From Paramecium tetraurelia (lineage: Eukaryota): 64,000 nt of DNA. Of the stretch, positions 39,582 through 52,300 are shown piece after piece. Position 1 is the first letter of the stretch, and every line of letters begins with the position of its first letter. A program made the translations under genes and the position numbers. The stretch lies in the NCBI GenBank assembly GCA_000165425.1, contig CT868052.1:372001-436000 (forward strand), read 5' to 3'. Under the pieces are notes generated by a model. That model saw only the letters and a list, made by a program, of their open reading frames with translations. It was not told the DNA's origin and did not search any database.

Positions 39582-40177
39582 ATGAATACCGACGAATTGG
39601 AAAATCTCGCACAAATCATGAACTTAGAAAATGACAGGTTTGCTGTATTATCATACTTTTAGGCTGTAAAAGTAATAGAACGCTTCGGTATGGAGTTAAT
39701 AGGTTTGTACCATTATTTTCTAATCAATATACGGATTGTTGTTTTATCTGTTTTCTACCACTCCTGGATATTATGGTAATATCTTTATAAGAATTTTAGG
39801 TGATGAGAGCAGCTGCATTTAGTTGAAAAAGTTTTCTTATATTTTAGGTGCCGCTACTTTAATACTTGTTGTAATTCATACGTAAATAAATATACATTAT
39901 ATAGTCTCTTGTTAATTTATTCTTGCAGCTCAAAAAGCATTAGTTTCCTTTTGTCAGCAGAGGGAGTAATGAACACAGTATATGGAATCTTTTCATTAGT
40001 AATTTGGATAATGTTATGGGTAAAGGATTTATAATACAAAAGATTGCCTTGGCACAAAAAGAGGAATGTGGAAGTTTGACTACGTTAGTTTGGGTTTTCA
40101 CAATTTTAATTATTCTTGGAGTTTTCTTGAGTTGTTGTTTAGTATGCCTTGCTGCAGTAGCTACATCCCAAAAATGA
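39582..40177 (+). CDS. Four-TM membrane protein, tandem paralog A
   Basis: 4 hydrophobic helices; SCIQLK, EECGSL, terminal CC; 4 introns. Confidence 0.8.
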
Positions 40178-40297
40178 TTAAAAAACATTAATACAATCAA
40201 TAAAATAACAAGATTTTGGTTTGGTCTCGCCCTTATTAGAAGAACTTTTATATACAATATATCTTGCTTATCGTTTTTTAATTAAATATTATTTAAA

Positions 40298-40807
40298 ATG
40301 GATTCTAAAACTAGATAATAAGCTGCCTGGTTAACATTAATAACATCTGCTGTTGTTGGAGGATCTTTTTATTATTTTTCATCCCACGAAGAATTATACG
40401 GTAAACAAGTGTTATGAAAATATTAAATAGAGAGCGATGACTGCTTTAAATTGAGAAATTATACTCATAACTACTCCATTTTTTGCATTACTTTTGCTAT
40501 ATTTATAATGTTAATTTTCAAATGAAACCTATTTAGTTTAATATGGATGGTATCAAGGTTGATAAAAGATGAAGGATGTAATTCAGGCATCGATTGTATT
40601 TAACTGCTCTCTGGAATAGTGGGAGTTATTTTCATTATTTTGTTCGCCGTAAGTATTCTATTATTTAGAAATCAAGTATGCACTCTACTTAAAAGAACCC
40701 TGCGGTAACTTAAGAACATTCACAGTAATATATCTAATAATAACATCAATTTTATTTTGTTGTGGGTGTTGTGGAATGTGTTGTGCTTTGAGTACATTAA
40801 AATAATG
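40298..40807 (+). CDS. Four-TM membrane protein, tandem paralog B
   Basis: DCFKLR, EPCGNL, CCGCCGMCC tail; 3 introns at positions matching paralog A. Confidence 0.8.
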
Positions 40808-40856
40808 AAAATCATTATATAATTATTAAATTATATTATTATTAATCCTCCAAATA

Positions 40857-41460
40857 ATGAGTTTTTAAAGAGGAGACCGTCGCCATGACTTCGAAGTCTA
40901 ATGTCCATATAATAAGAAACATTAAATGCCCTTCAGTAAATTATGGTTCCACATTTCCAAAGGATGCAAGGACAAGAGAGAAAAGGGTATTCTTTACAAT
41001 CTACTTAGGTCATAAATATGATACTTGTCCATATAATTGTTTACACATTGTTATTAAATCAGGAATGGAGAGACATATCGCTCAATGTAGATATAACTAA
41101 TTGGATTCAAAGAAGGCAGAGGAAGCTGATCTCTTCAAAGAAATGCAACTGGTTGCTGCTCAATAATTCGGGAATAATCCTCCAGAGAAGAATGTTCCTC
41201 AAATTTAATAACAATAACAGAATAAGTATAATAATAAACCTCAAAATGAAATCCCAGATTGGAGAAAGGTTTTTGAGGGAGACAGCGAACTTGAAGATGA
41301 CATTAAAGAAATTAATGAAATAAGCTATTAAAATTACGATGACGAATTTGATGATTCTTTTAAATTTAATAAAGCATCGTCAGTATTCTCCAAAAGTTTC
41401 TAGTCATCGGCTGCAAAAGAAAAGTCACAAAATGACGACAATGATAGTTATTATTATTGA
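40857..41460 (+). CDS. GTSF1/Asterix-type double CHHC zinc-finger protein
   Basis: CPYNKKHQMPFSKLWFHISKGC and CPYNCLHIVIKSGMERHIAQC, followed by an acidic disordered tail with one Trp. Confidence 0.88.
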
Positions 41461-41503
41461 AACCTTACAACTATCATTTAAATATATAGATATATATATT
41501 AAA

Positions 41504-43603
41504 TCAAAAATCATCTTATATTTAGTTTACTATGTTGTTAAAGTTTACTTCTTCTTTGTTTGTTATCTCCTTATAAGATTGATAACGAAACAATTAAATT
41601 AAATTCGTATTTTATGGGTTTTTCATAATTCCTAATTGTTTAGATACCTTCACTGCACCATCACTTTAAGTTATTCTTTCCAACAAATAGATAATCTATT
41701 AATCAGATCAATATTACTTTCTGTTCATTATCATTCACATTATTGTAGATTAAAATAGCAATTACACTTATGGCTTCAACAAACTAGTGTTTATCAATTG
41801 TATCAGTGTTATTTAGAGATGCAATTGCTTTGAAAACATGCATAAGCTATCCTTTAGATACCATTGAATTTGCCAATTCGAAATCTTAACAAAATTTCAT
41901 AAAGCCTGATAGGGTCATTAAATCTTTTGTATAATGATTATAGTATGGTTCAAAATGCTCCTGCATGATTTCATACAGTCTAATCTAAAAATGAAGTAAT
42001 TATTATGTAATACTATTTTTGGATCATCTAAAATCAACATCAAAATCTGTAAAATATGCTCTTGCTTTTCTATTCTTAACTAATTTTCATGGGGTATAAA
42101 ATATTGCTCAATCAATCCTGCAATATCATTACCATTGAACTTTTCTGCTATCAACTATAAAGAGTTAAAGAAGTTTATAAAATCCATTTTACCATTTTAA
42201 TTATCATTGTCATACAATTTATTAACTTTAAATTTTGGAGTTTTAGTTGAATCCAATCTCTTTTTAGGTGTTGATTAAATATAAAACATATCTGCATCCA
42301 CTTGAGTGATCAAAGTTCCAATTATACCACAATTTTAGAGTAGCTTTTTATATTTTATGCTTTTTAAATTTACTAGATTTAGAGGTTCTCCTATTTATGA
42401 ATAATATTCGAATACATTTCTTAACTCTTTTTCATAAGGTATTTATGAACCATATTATAATTATTTACTTTCCTCAACTATTTATTAGGATTATTTTAGA
42501 TTTGAATTTTACTATTATTATTAACCTTGATAAACTGTAGAGACTCTACTCTACTTTACAGAATTTACTCTGCTCAATGCCATTACTAATTGAGTTTATT
42601 CATTCTTTGTTTAATTATTCTATTTTGAAAAATTTTGAAATCCTGAAGAGTTCTCCAATTTCTCAAGTAATTAATAAAACAAATCCAATCCATTTTAGTT
42701 GTCTTCTTAAATTTAATGAAAAGAGATAATGAGTAAGCTTTCGACAAATTTAGAAAAATTAAATAAATACTTCCCATCATTCTTTAAATTTAAGATTGAA
42801 TCCCGATGAAACAAATCAAAAAATATCATTTAACCCTTAGTCTGTGTAATAATTAAAGGAATTATGTCAAATTATTATAAAAAATGCATGTATTAACTCT
42901 AAATTTAAGAAATCTTTTAACTTTAATCTTGAAATATGAACCCATGTATTTTACTCAATAATCCTTATACTTGAGAAATGATTTCCAAAAATTATTCATC
43001 TATTAAACTACGACATGCTTCAATTCTCTTTAAATCTTAACCAAAATCTGTTTGATCGTTTATTTTTTCATATAACTTTGATAAATGATTTTTATAAAGT
43101 AAAACAAAAGACTTTGATTGTTCAGGAATCCTATATAATTTAGTTGCTATTTTTAAAAGTAAATCTTTGAATTGGTCTAAAGTTAGGGTTTCTGTATTTT
43201 TTGTTGTTTAGAAATACAAAATATCAAGATCTTTGCTAGTTATTTCTAATTTAAATTATGTATAGATACCCTGTGTAATTATTTCAGCATCTGCCATTGC
43301 TTTTATAAATTTGCTTGATTTTAAATATTAAATGCTTGTTTTATTGCCAAATTACACATAAAACATAAAAATAATCCGAATATGCTAAACAATTACTGAT
43401 TCTTGCTGTCCTTTTTATTTTTGAACTTAGGATTGACTTAACTTTTTATCTTGATGCTAAAAGTAAGGTTTGTCTTTTATTTATTGAGAATTCGAAGGTG
43501 CAATTGAAGGACCTATTCTGATGTCCTCGTATTTTAGAATTGGATTATAGCCTTTTTGATTACTAGCAGCCAAAGGTACAGATTGTTTTAGAGAATTGGA
43601 CAT
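41504..43603 (-). CDS. Multidomain p25alpha (TPPP)/EF-hand-like protein
   Basis: IFMFYVQFG...LKSSKFIKAMADAEII...DLDILY...LTLDQFKDLLLKIA; second copy VFEYYSQIG...DADMFY...MDFINFFNSLQLIA. Confidence 0.75.
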
Positions 43604-44006
43604 TGTTATTAACTGCAATAAAAATAATATTTAAATATTTATGTAAATAAAATTATTGCTATTTTCAAAGTATCTTAAAAGAAACTAGATTAATTTGTAA
43701 TCTTACTCAATATATAGTTTTTTCTTTATGTGATAAATAAACTTAGACTATTTTTAATTTAAAATCATACAATTTAATGGTAATTTAAGTGAGAAATATT
43801 TTCTATTAAGTTTTATTTTTGTTTTCAAAATACTTATTCAACAAATTAACGGTTTCAAACTAATCATTAATGCATATGTATGAATGTAAATGATATTTAT
43901 TCCTAAATGGAATCGTAGTTTATTCTTACTTTTAAAATATTTCTATATTATTGAATTAAAAAGCAATATTATAGAAAATTAATATATTATTATTTTTATA
44001 AAGAAG

Positions 44007-46016
44007 ATGTTGTTTGAACTAAACCAGAATGAATTGCGTTCTTATTAAGAAAAGTATGATAAAGTGGTAAAGGCGAAAGTGAATTTAGATTTTAAAAAAA
44101 CTAAAAAAATAATAATAGGTTAGTTTTCGATTACAGAAGCTCAAGCTGATTTAATTTTAAAAAAGGTATTCTCTCGTTAAAACTCTGATGAGTTGGATAG
44201 GGAAGGGTTCTTTACAACACTCAGGTATATATAATGTTTGCAAAATAAAGTGGACATTGAAACTTGTGATATAAAAACAATCAAACTGCAATTCCCACTT
44301 AGAGTAAATAGCAAATAGAGCTTGAAAAAGTCATTTTAGCCTCCAAACCCAGAAGAGCTGTTGGATAAGTCGATGATTGCTCTCAAGAATTTATAAAACT
44401 TAGTAAAAGAACCACCAAATTTAGAAAAAAAGTAGAGTTCTACTTCATAAGAAATAAAGGATAATCCAAATCAAGAAATCTAAAAAGAAAAAGAAGGAAT
44501 AACTGAAAACAAGGAGAAAGTACAATTGGAAGTAGTAAATGAGATTGAATAATGCAATGAACACATAAATTAAATCTAAGCACAAAATAATACAAATTAG
44601 TAATCTGAAGATGATTAATAAATAATTTAAAATAACTTGGAAGATGTAACTTAATTCAAAGAGCAAAATAAATATCATGTAATAACTGAGTTTGGTAACA
44701 TAGATATAAATGAAAGTAATGATATTTAATAAAATGACATGAATTTTACATTTGGGGATTCTAAACCTATTCTTTAGTAGTCATCAAATAATTTATAACT
44801 ATAGATAACTGAATCTTATGAAGTACCTCCAAAGACAGAGGAAATCAAACCTGATTTTATTGAAATAAGTGAAGATGAAGAGGACCTTCCTAAGAAGGAT
44901 GAGTCAAAAGATATTTATGTTTGGATTTCAGGTTATTAATCATTTAAAGATGGTGCATTTTCTTAAACTTATTACACTTACACTGTTTGTTCAGAAATTC
45001 GTACTGACCCACTTTAAGGAACATATACTAAATATTAAGTTAACAGAAGATATACTGATTTTTAGATGCTTCAATAGTATTTTACAAAGTCAAAATTGGG
45101 AGATATAATTCCTAGTTTACCAGAGAAGGAGGGTGTTATTTCTAGCATAAAGAGTATGGTTGTGGAGAATGCTGAGTTCATATCATAAAGGTAAGAATAG
45201 TTATAGTTGTTTTTGTAATATTTAAGCAAGTATAAGGAGGATTAGATATTATTGTCTTTTTTAAGTAATGATAAGAAGTTTGATTTAATATTAAAGGAAC
45301 TGAGATATTGCAAGGGAGATAATTAAGATGAGGATACTTTTTTGCCTGATCCTGATGAATATACTAGAAAATAGAAGTTAAAGGAAATGATTGCGGGAAA
45401 ATCTATTATGGACATTGTCGACTATTTTAAAGGGGAAAAAGAAATAGAAGCCAAGTTTCAGGAAGAATACCGATAGGTTTAGCAGCATTATAAGAACCTT
45501 GAGAATAAGAAGCTTGAATTAAGCAAATTCAAATAGTGTTTAAATTAGTTTTATGAACCAATTGAGAAATTCAGCTCTGGTTCTTAGTTATAGGTATCAT
45601 CATTCATTACTGAAGAGAATATTAAGTATGCTTAAGAAACTTAAAAACTGTTCTAATCAAATTGTAAATATCAAATATATATTTAGATTCTAAACACTAG
45701 AATTCGATAATGAATTAAGTAATGTAAATTGAATTTTAATTAAACAGTTTGACTTATAGTTTTGAATAGATATAGAAGTAAATCTACAAATGGTTTGCTG
45801 AAAAGAAAAGACTAAGGGAGGAGAAGAGTTCTAATAAGTAATATACTTAATTCTATGTTGATTAGGGCTGATCTTCAAAAAAATGATTCTGAAGAAGGAA
45901 GATTGCAATTTGTTATCTCCAAAACTAATGAAACTTTGATTAAGCTAGTTAGTTAAATTACTGAGGATTTGAAGGGTTTATTAAAGGACTTTGTAGAAGA
46001 ATTAACTTAGAATTGA
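44007..46016 (+). CDS. Sorting nexin (EH-like + PX + helical/BAR-like), SNX8/Mvp1-like
   Basis: PX motifs YYTYTV, VNRRYTDFQML, IIPSLPEK, FISQRQEQLQLFL; N-terminal ELDREGFFTTLRYI. Confidence 0.8.
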
Positions 46017-46399
46017 AATTAAACATTTTAATTTGGTTTTATTATCCAACTATAAAATATCAAAATTACACAAATAAGAATTTCTTATAATATTTAAATA
46101 AATAAGGATAATGAACAATATTATGAATAAAACAAAAGCATTCTATTCATTCATTACCACTATACGAGAATGTTTAATAATCTCGAGATAGACCAGTTAA
46201 ATATTAATTATTCTATTTCGTATTTTGGCCTACTCAATATTCATGAAATCAATTACAAATATCGAAGAATTGGGGATTCAAATAAATAGCAAAAAAATTA
46301 TGAAATACTAATGGCTGCTTGTTCATGTTAGGATTTTTAACATTTACAGGTATTAACACAAACTGAATAAAAAACAATTAAAATTTTAAAATAATATTA

Positions 46400-49300
46400 A
46401 TGTTACTTCTTCTTACTATTACCCTAATTTAGCTTGTGCCAACTGCGAGAAACCAGATAATCTCGTAAAATATTACACTTATTCATAGATAGTAAATAGA
46501 AATGGGGTGTAAAACATCACGAAATGGAGTCTGTCAGGAATTATGTTCATTGGGATAATTTAATTGTGAAAACTAATAGATTTAATGTGAGTACGGATAT
46601 TTCCTGTACTTAGGAAATGCCTGTGTGTAATGGTAAAAAAAGTTAGTTATGTAGTCCTTATTAATAGGTCATAGATAGCTTCACCTTATATTGTATGGAT
46701 TGTGTGGAGCATCCTTATACCTGGTCGAGCAACAGAACTTGTTCATATGAATACACTATCGAAAGCGGAGATTTTATGAAGGGAACATATGTACGTAAAT
46801 CAAAGCAGTATACTGAATTATATTATCTTGGTCCTTCTACTTCAAGTGGGGTTAATTTGGATTCAATAACAAGAGATGTAAATGCATAGTGTAACGTATA
46901 TAGGTTCAATATTAATATGAAACTTATATTTGTTCAGGTTGTAAGAGATTTTGTGTTCCAGGAGTAAGTGGAAATTGTAATAGTATCACTTCCCCATATG
47001 CTGAGGATAGTGGAATAATGGGCGTAGAATGCCTATTAACCTACGAATTCAAAAATTAATTGTGTATAAGTTGTCCATCAGATTGCTTGAAATGTTCAAA
47101 TGGGTAATGCACCTTATGTAATGATGGCTATATGATATAGAATGGTTAATGTAAGAAATGTGGTAATGGCTGTTTGAATTGCTTCATCGTATAATTATAG
47201 ACAGTTTGCACAAAATGTAGAGAAGGTATGGTGGCTTCTTTGGATTAAAAAAATTGTGAAGAGTGTGGCAATGAATGTTAAAGATGTGAGTATGTAACCT
47301 ATGCTTCAAATGCTCAGTATCGTTATCCAACAAGAACTATGATAAAGATTTAAGATAGAATGAAATAAAAAGATTACATTAAAAGATGTAGACAATGTTC
47401 AACAAAGAGTTTTGTAAGTCATAATGGAATAGATTGTGTGACATGTCAAATACCAAAATGCGATTTGTGTTATTACAATATACGAGGGGATGTTACAACT
47501 ATGGATTATGATTTTGAACCTAGTAAAGGCAATGATCTTGTATCAAATTTATTGTGTTTCAAATGCATTAGTGGCTACACTGTTAGTGCTAATAAATAAA
47601 GTTGTGTAGCTTCAGCGTTATCTCCAGATTAATGTGATCGGAAATATTAAGATACGACTTTAAAATGTAGATAGTGTGTAAATAATGTAATATTGAATTA
47701 ATAAAGTAATATTTGTTCTAGTTCGTGCACTTCCTATATAAGTTAATGTTCCAGTTGCTTTTCTTATAAGAGTTTGGATTAAACTTAATACACGGATGGT
47801 ACAGGTTAGATATTTATAAGAGCAGCACAAACACTCTATTAATGTATTTAATGCAGCAATGGGTATTATCCGAATATCTTTACTGGCTTTTGTGATCCTT
47901 GTCCTAATAATTGTCAAAAATGTTGGCAATACTCATAGACCTATAATTTTACAGATTACTTATATAAAATGTAACCAATTAGTAATTCATTAAAGGAGAC
48001 TTTCTTAAATGATATTCCTATCAAAGTTTAATGTACATCCTGTAATTTTGGCTATTAACTATATGGGAACGAATGCTTAGGTTGCAGTAGCAATTGCTAA
48101 GTTGAGAATCAAATTGTGAGTGATGACTCAATTAATAGTTGTATTTTTAAATCAACTTATGCCTTCTGCGGAGAATGTTATGATACTTTCAATGATAGAT
48201 CTTTAGTCTCGGATAAATCTGAATGCATCGATTGTCCTTTGAATTGCTTAGCATGCAGAGACAGAGAACCATATGAAATAACAAACCTTTATTTTAATCC
48301 AGACAATTCCAACTTACTCCAATATGGAAGATTATGTTACAAGGCTTAGACTATGACTATGTCGAACTTTTAAAGTGTTTCATATAATTCTTATTTGAAT
48401 TTACCTATTTTGTGTATCTATTAACATGCAGATTCAACTAATACCAAAAGATGTCGTCATACAGCTCAAATTACTGTTCATGTGTATTGCAATGAGGATG
48501 AATATAATTCTATTTATAATACCTTGAATTCCGCTTAAAAATTCTATCACTACAATCTGAATGATTATTATTCATTAGATTTCGAAGATATTGCCTCCAT
48601 TGAGTTTTAATATTTAGAGACTTTTCAATCATATTCAACTAAGAATTAAGCAACATTAGAAGAATTAACTTTAGACATACTATTTACTAATTCTATTGAT
48701 TTTAAATGCACATTTCAAAAGTCTACATAGCTCATAACAGAGTTCCATAAAAATGTTTATGCATTGAGTAAGTTCTAAGTTAATATTCAGAGTGCTCACA
48801 GTTAACCAATTACTTTTTACATTACAGACAATTTCTACTTACAGGATTTCCCTTTTGTGATGATCAAAAACATTAATATCTATTCCAATTTATAGAATGA
48901 CTTTGGATTAGTAATAACTAATAATATTTCATCTACATACTTGTAAATATAGAATTGTAAACTGGGATATGATTAAAATAAATATAAGGATTCATAAATA
49001 TTTACTCTGAATCTTACAAACCTTAATTAATTAGAATTGAAGGATGTCTACATTTAAAATTTATAACATTCAGATCAAATTACTGTTAATCAACTAAAAA
49101 TCAATAACTACGTATTTGAATTCTCTAATGTGTATTTAAAAAGTAGTTAATTTATACATAATACAATATTTCCTTTAACACCTTATAGTATAGTAAATAT
49201 TAACAATTTAGTAATTCAAGATTGTATATTCACTAATTCATCATTGTTCAATAATCAGCAGGAGTATTAGATATTTGTTTCTAAGTTTTCAATCAACCAA

Positions 49301-52300
49301 TTGATTATCAAATAGACACAATTTTATTAAGCATCAAGCATTATAAAATCTAGTTATATTTCCACATTGTCCATAAATTAATTAGATATAATTGGAAATA
49401 GATTTAATGATACAGAATTATTTAAATGTAACACCTATTAAATATAGAATGTTTACATCTATATGAATGTTTTTACTAACTATTCACTAATCTTTACAAC
49501 TGCAGACTAAGTTCCAGATACTGAAACATTTTATAATCAAATCAAAAATCAGGGATTTGAAATATCAAATCTTAAATTTGTAGAAAATACTTGTTACAAT
49601 ATCAATTGTCTTATGCTCTTATAAACACCATACAACTCAGAAGAAATATATTCAGATTTAGTAATGTAGAATTTTTATATATTTAATAACTACGTTGAAT
49701 TATCATTAATACAAAGGCAATCAGTTTCTTCTGCGATCACCAGAGTTACTGAAATGAAGTAAGTCAAACTAACTAATATTGTAATTGATACTCAATTATC
49801 CATAACTGTGATTTCATTCTAAGAAATAGCCTCCTTAGAAGTATCCAAATTCTTATGTGATTTCTCGAAAAACATCATCGGCAAGAAAGACACAAGTCCT
49901 CGTACTAAGATTGAGAACAGTTCAATCATCTAATATCCTTTTAATAACAAATTACCTAGCAATACTACGTGTTCCTATTAGAAATAATCATTCGGCAGTT
50001 ATAACTCATATTGTTTGGATGTCTAGGATTTCATATACGGAGTAAAGATATCTGATGCTTCTCTGAAGGGTCTTCTAGGAATTGATAATGGATTCATTTA
50101 CATTCAATCATATGAATCATTGATGAAGCAAACTAGTAATTTCATTATTTAAAGTGCGACTAAAAATAAATTGGATTTTTACTATGGATATAACAATGAA
50201 GTCATAATCTTAGAAAATATCAATATTTTTAATACATCTATTGCAATTTCAAATCCAGTAACTATTATTGGAAGTGTCATTATTGAATCTGATTAAATTC
50301 AAACTATCCTTATAGATAATGTCCAATTAATCGGCAATCACCTACATTAATTAGTTGAGTCTATCACTATGGAAATATCTACTTGCTTTACAATTTTGAG
50401 TCCGAACAGCATGATTAGTATCAAACATTTAGTTGCTTAGAATAATAGAGCTACTTAATCACAATATGGCATAAATATCATAAAGAGTCAATCATTAAGA
50501 GTATTTTCAGCTTTGTTTAACTATACAAATATAATGGAATCAAATTGGCTTGATAGATTCGATGAATATTAAATCAATAATTATTCTTAGTTCCTTGGAT
50601 AATTCAACATAGAGTCTGAGGGTTCAAATATATATATCTAATGTAAGAACTTGGAACTTGACTAAACCCAATTTCTGAATGGCAAATCTCTTATGGGAAC
50701 TGCCTTTTATTTTCTAGGTCAGGACCTAGTATCTATTGCCATTAACAATACTGAGTTTACAAATCTATCAACGTCACTGGAATATGTTGATTAGGCTTAT
50801 GGAGGATCATTATATTTAAATTTATAGAAGTCTAGTTATGAAATTAAATTAAACAAGGTCACTATGAATCATAGTGTATCACGAATAGCTGGTGGATGCA
50901 TTTATGTGCAAACATCCATATATGAATAAATTATCTCCATTGATAATAGTCAATTTATTTAATGTTAATCCATATAAAGTTCTTTAATAGATATATAGTT
51001 TTCTGTATCTTCTTTAATTTTGCCAGCCTTAAGTATTAGGAATACAAATATAATGAATAACAATTTTGAAGGATTTCTAAGATAACTAAGTGATATCAGT
51101 GTTGAAGAAGAGTAATTGATAATATCTGGGATAAGTTTGATAAAATAGAATTATGGCATATTTGAAATCCAATAAAGTTAATTTAATGATATACAGATTC
51201 AAGGATTAATGGAACTTAAAAATATGTTTATGGTAATCCTGCAAGATTTAGTGATTAAAGATACTACTGTATTTAGTCAATCTTTAATAGAAATTACTCA
51301 CTACACAAAGTATTCGACAGTAGAACTTTAGAATGTTGTTATTGACAATATTACAGAATAAAAAGTGTTAACAAAAGAATAGTTTATTTATAAATTCAAT
51401 AGTCGATGCCAATCAATTTCTTCAATGTTCGAACTAGCAAACACTTAAACCTGTACAGAATAAGAGGATTTAAGATAGTTCTATAAGGATATCTACGATT
51501 ACAGACAAATATCACAAACTAAGTTGGATAATAGTACATTGTACGATTATTATGACTCCTTATCATACTCAGACAAATATGCCCTCGATGAAATTAAATT
51601 AAGTACTTCTAGAGAAATTAAATCTTTATATTCTTATAGAAATGTAAATTTTGTAGAAAATGTAATAACACAATAGGATTTTAGTTTGTGTTATTTTACA
51701 AATCTATAATTCACCTATTAAATCGACAGCATTCCTCATTATATTAAATTAAGCCATATTAAATCGACTAACAATATTAACATGAATTCAGTTACAATTA
51801 AAAATTCTTTCTGTGATCGATGTAAATAAGGGCTAATTCTAATTAATAACTATGATTTATCAGCTCACAATACTACTAGCATCTTTGAATTGACTTGTTA
51901 AAATAACATAATTGGCTACTTTGGTTGTTTGGTCATAACGACTCAAACTATCCCTTAATTAAATATTACTTACAGTAATAGAATCCTATAGAGTTCAACT
52001 GCAACCTAAAAATATCATATTAATTTATAGCAAAGTCTATTTTAAAGTAATTCTGCTCAAATAGGGGCTGGTGTTTCAATAATCGGAGTGAGCATAAAGA
52101 TAATAGATAGTCAATTTATGGATAACAAAGCAACTTTGGTTGGAGGAGGAATGGCCTTCGTTTATGATTCAGAAAGTAAGAATATCTTAGATCAATTTAA
52201 CAACAACTACATCAATAATGATGCCCAATTAGGTAGTGCAATTTATATGATGAATAATAATCTTAACAATCTTGAAAATTCGCAGATCTTCATTCATCAT

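Noticed and set aside
39200..39820. Long minus-strand TGA-free frame
   Set aside because: Overlaps the four-TM gene antisense and has no clear start; at most a decayed remnant in 39250-39550
26721..41460. Apparent cluster of chromatin/RNA-silencing genes (OTU, PHD, HSF, H2A.Z, GTSF1-like)
   Set aside because: Interspersed with unrelated genes; compatible with chance in a gene-dense eukaryotic genome
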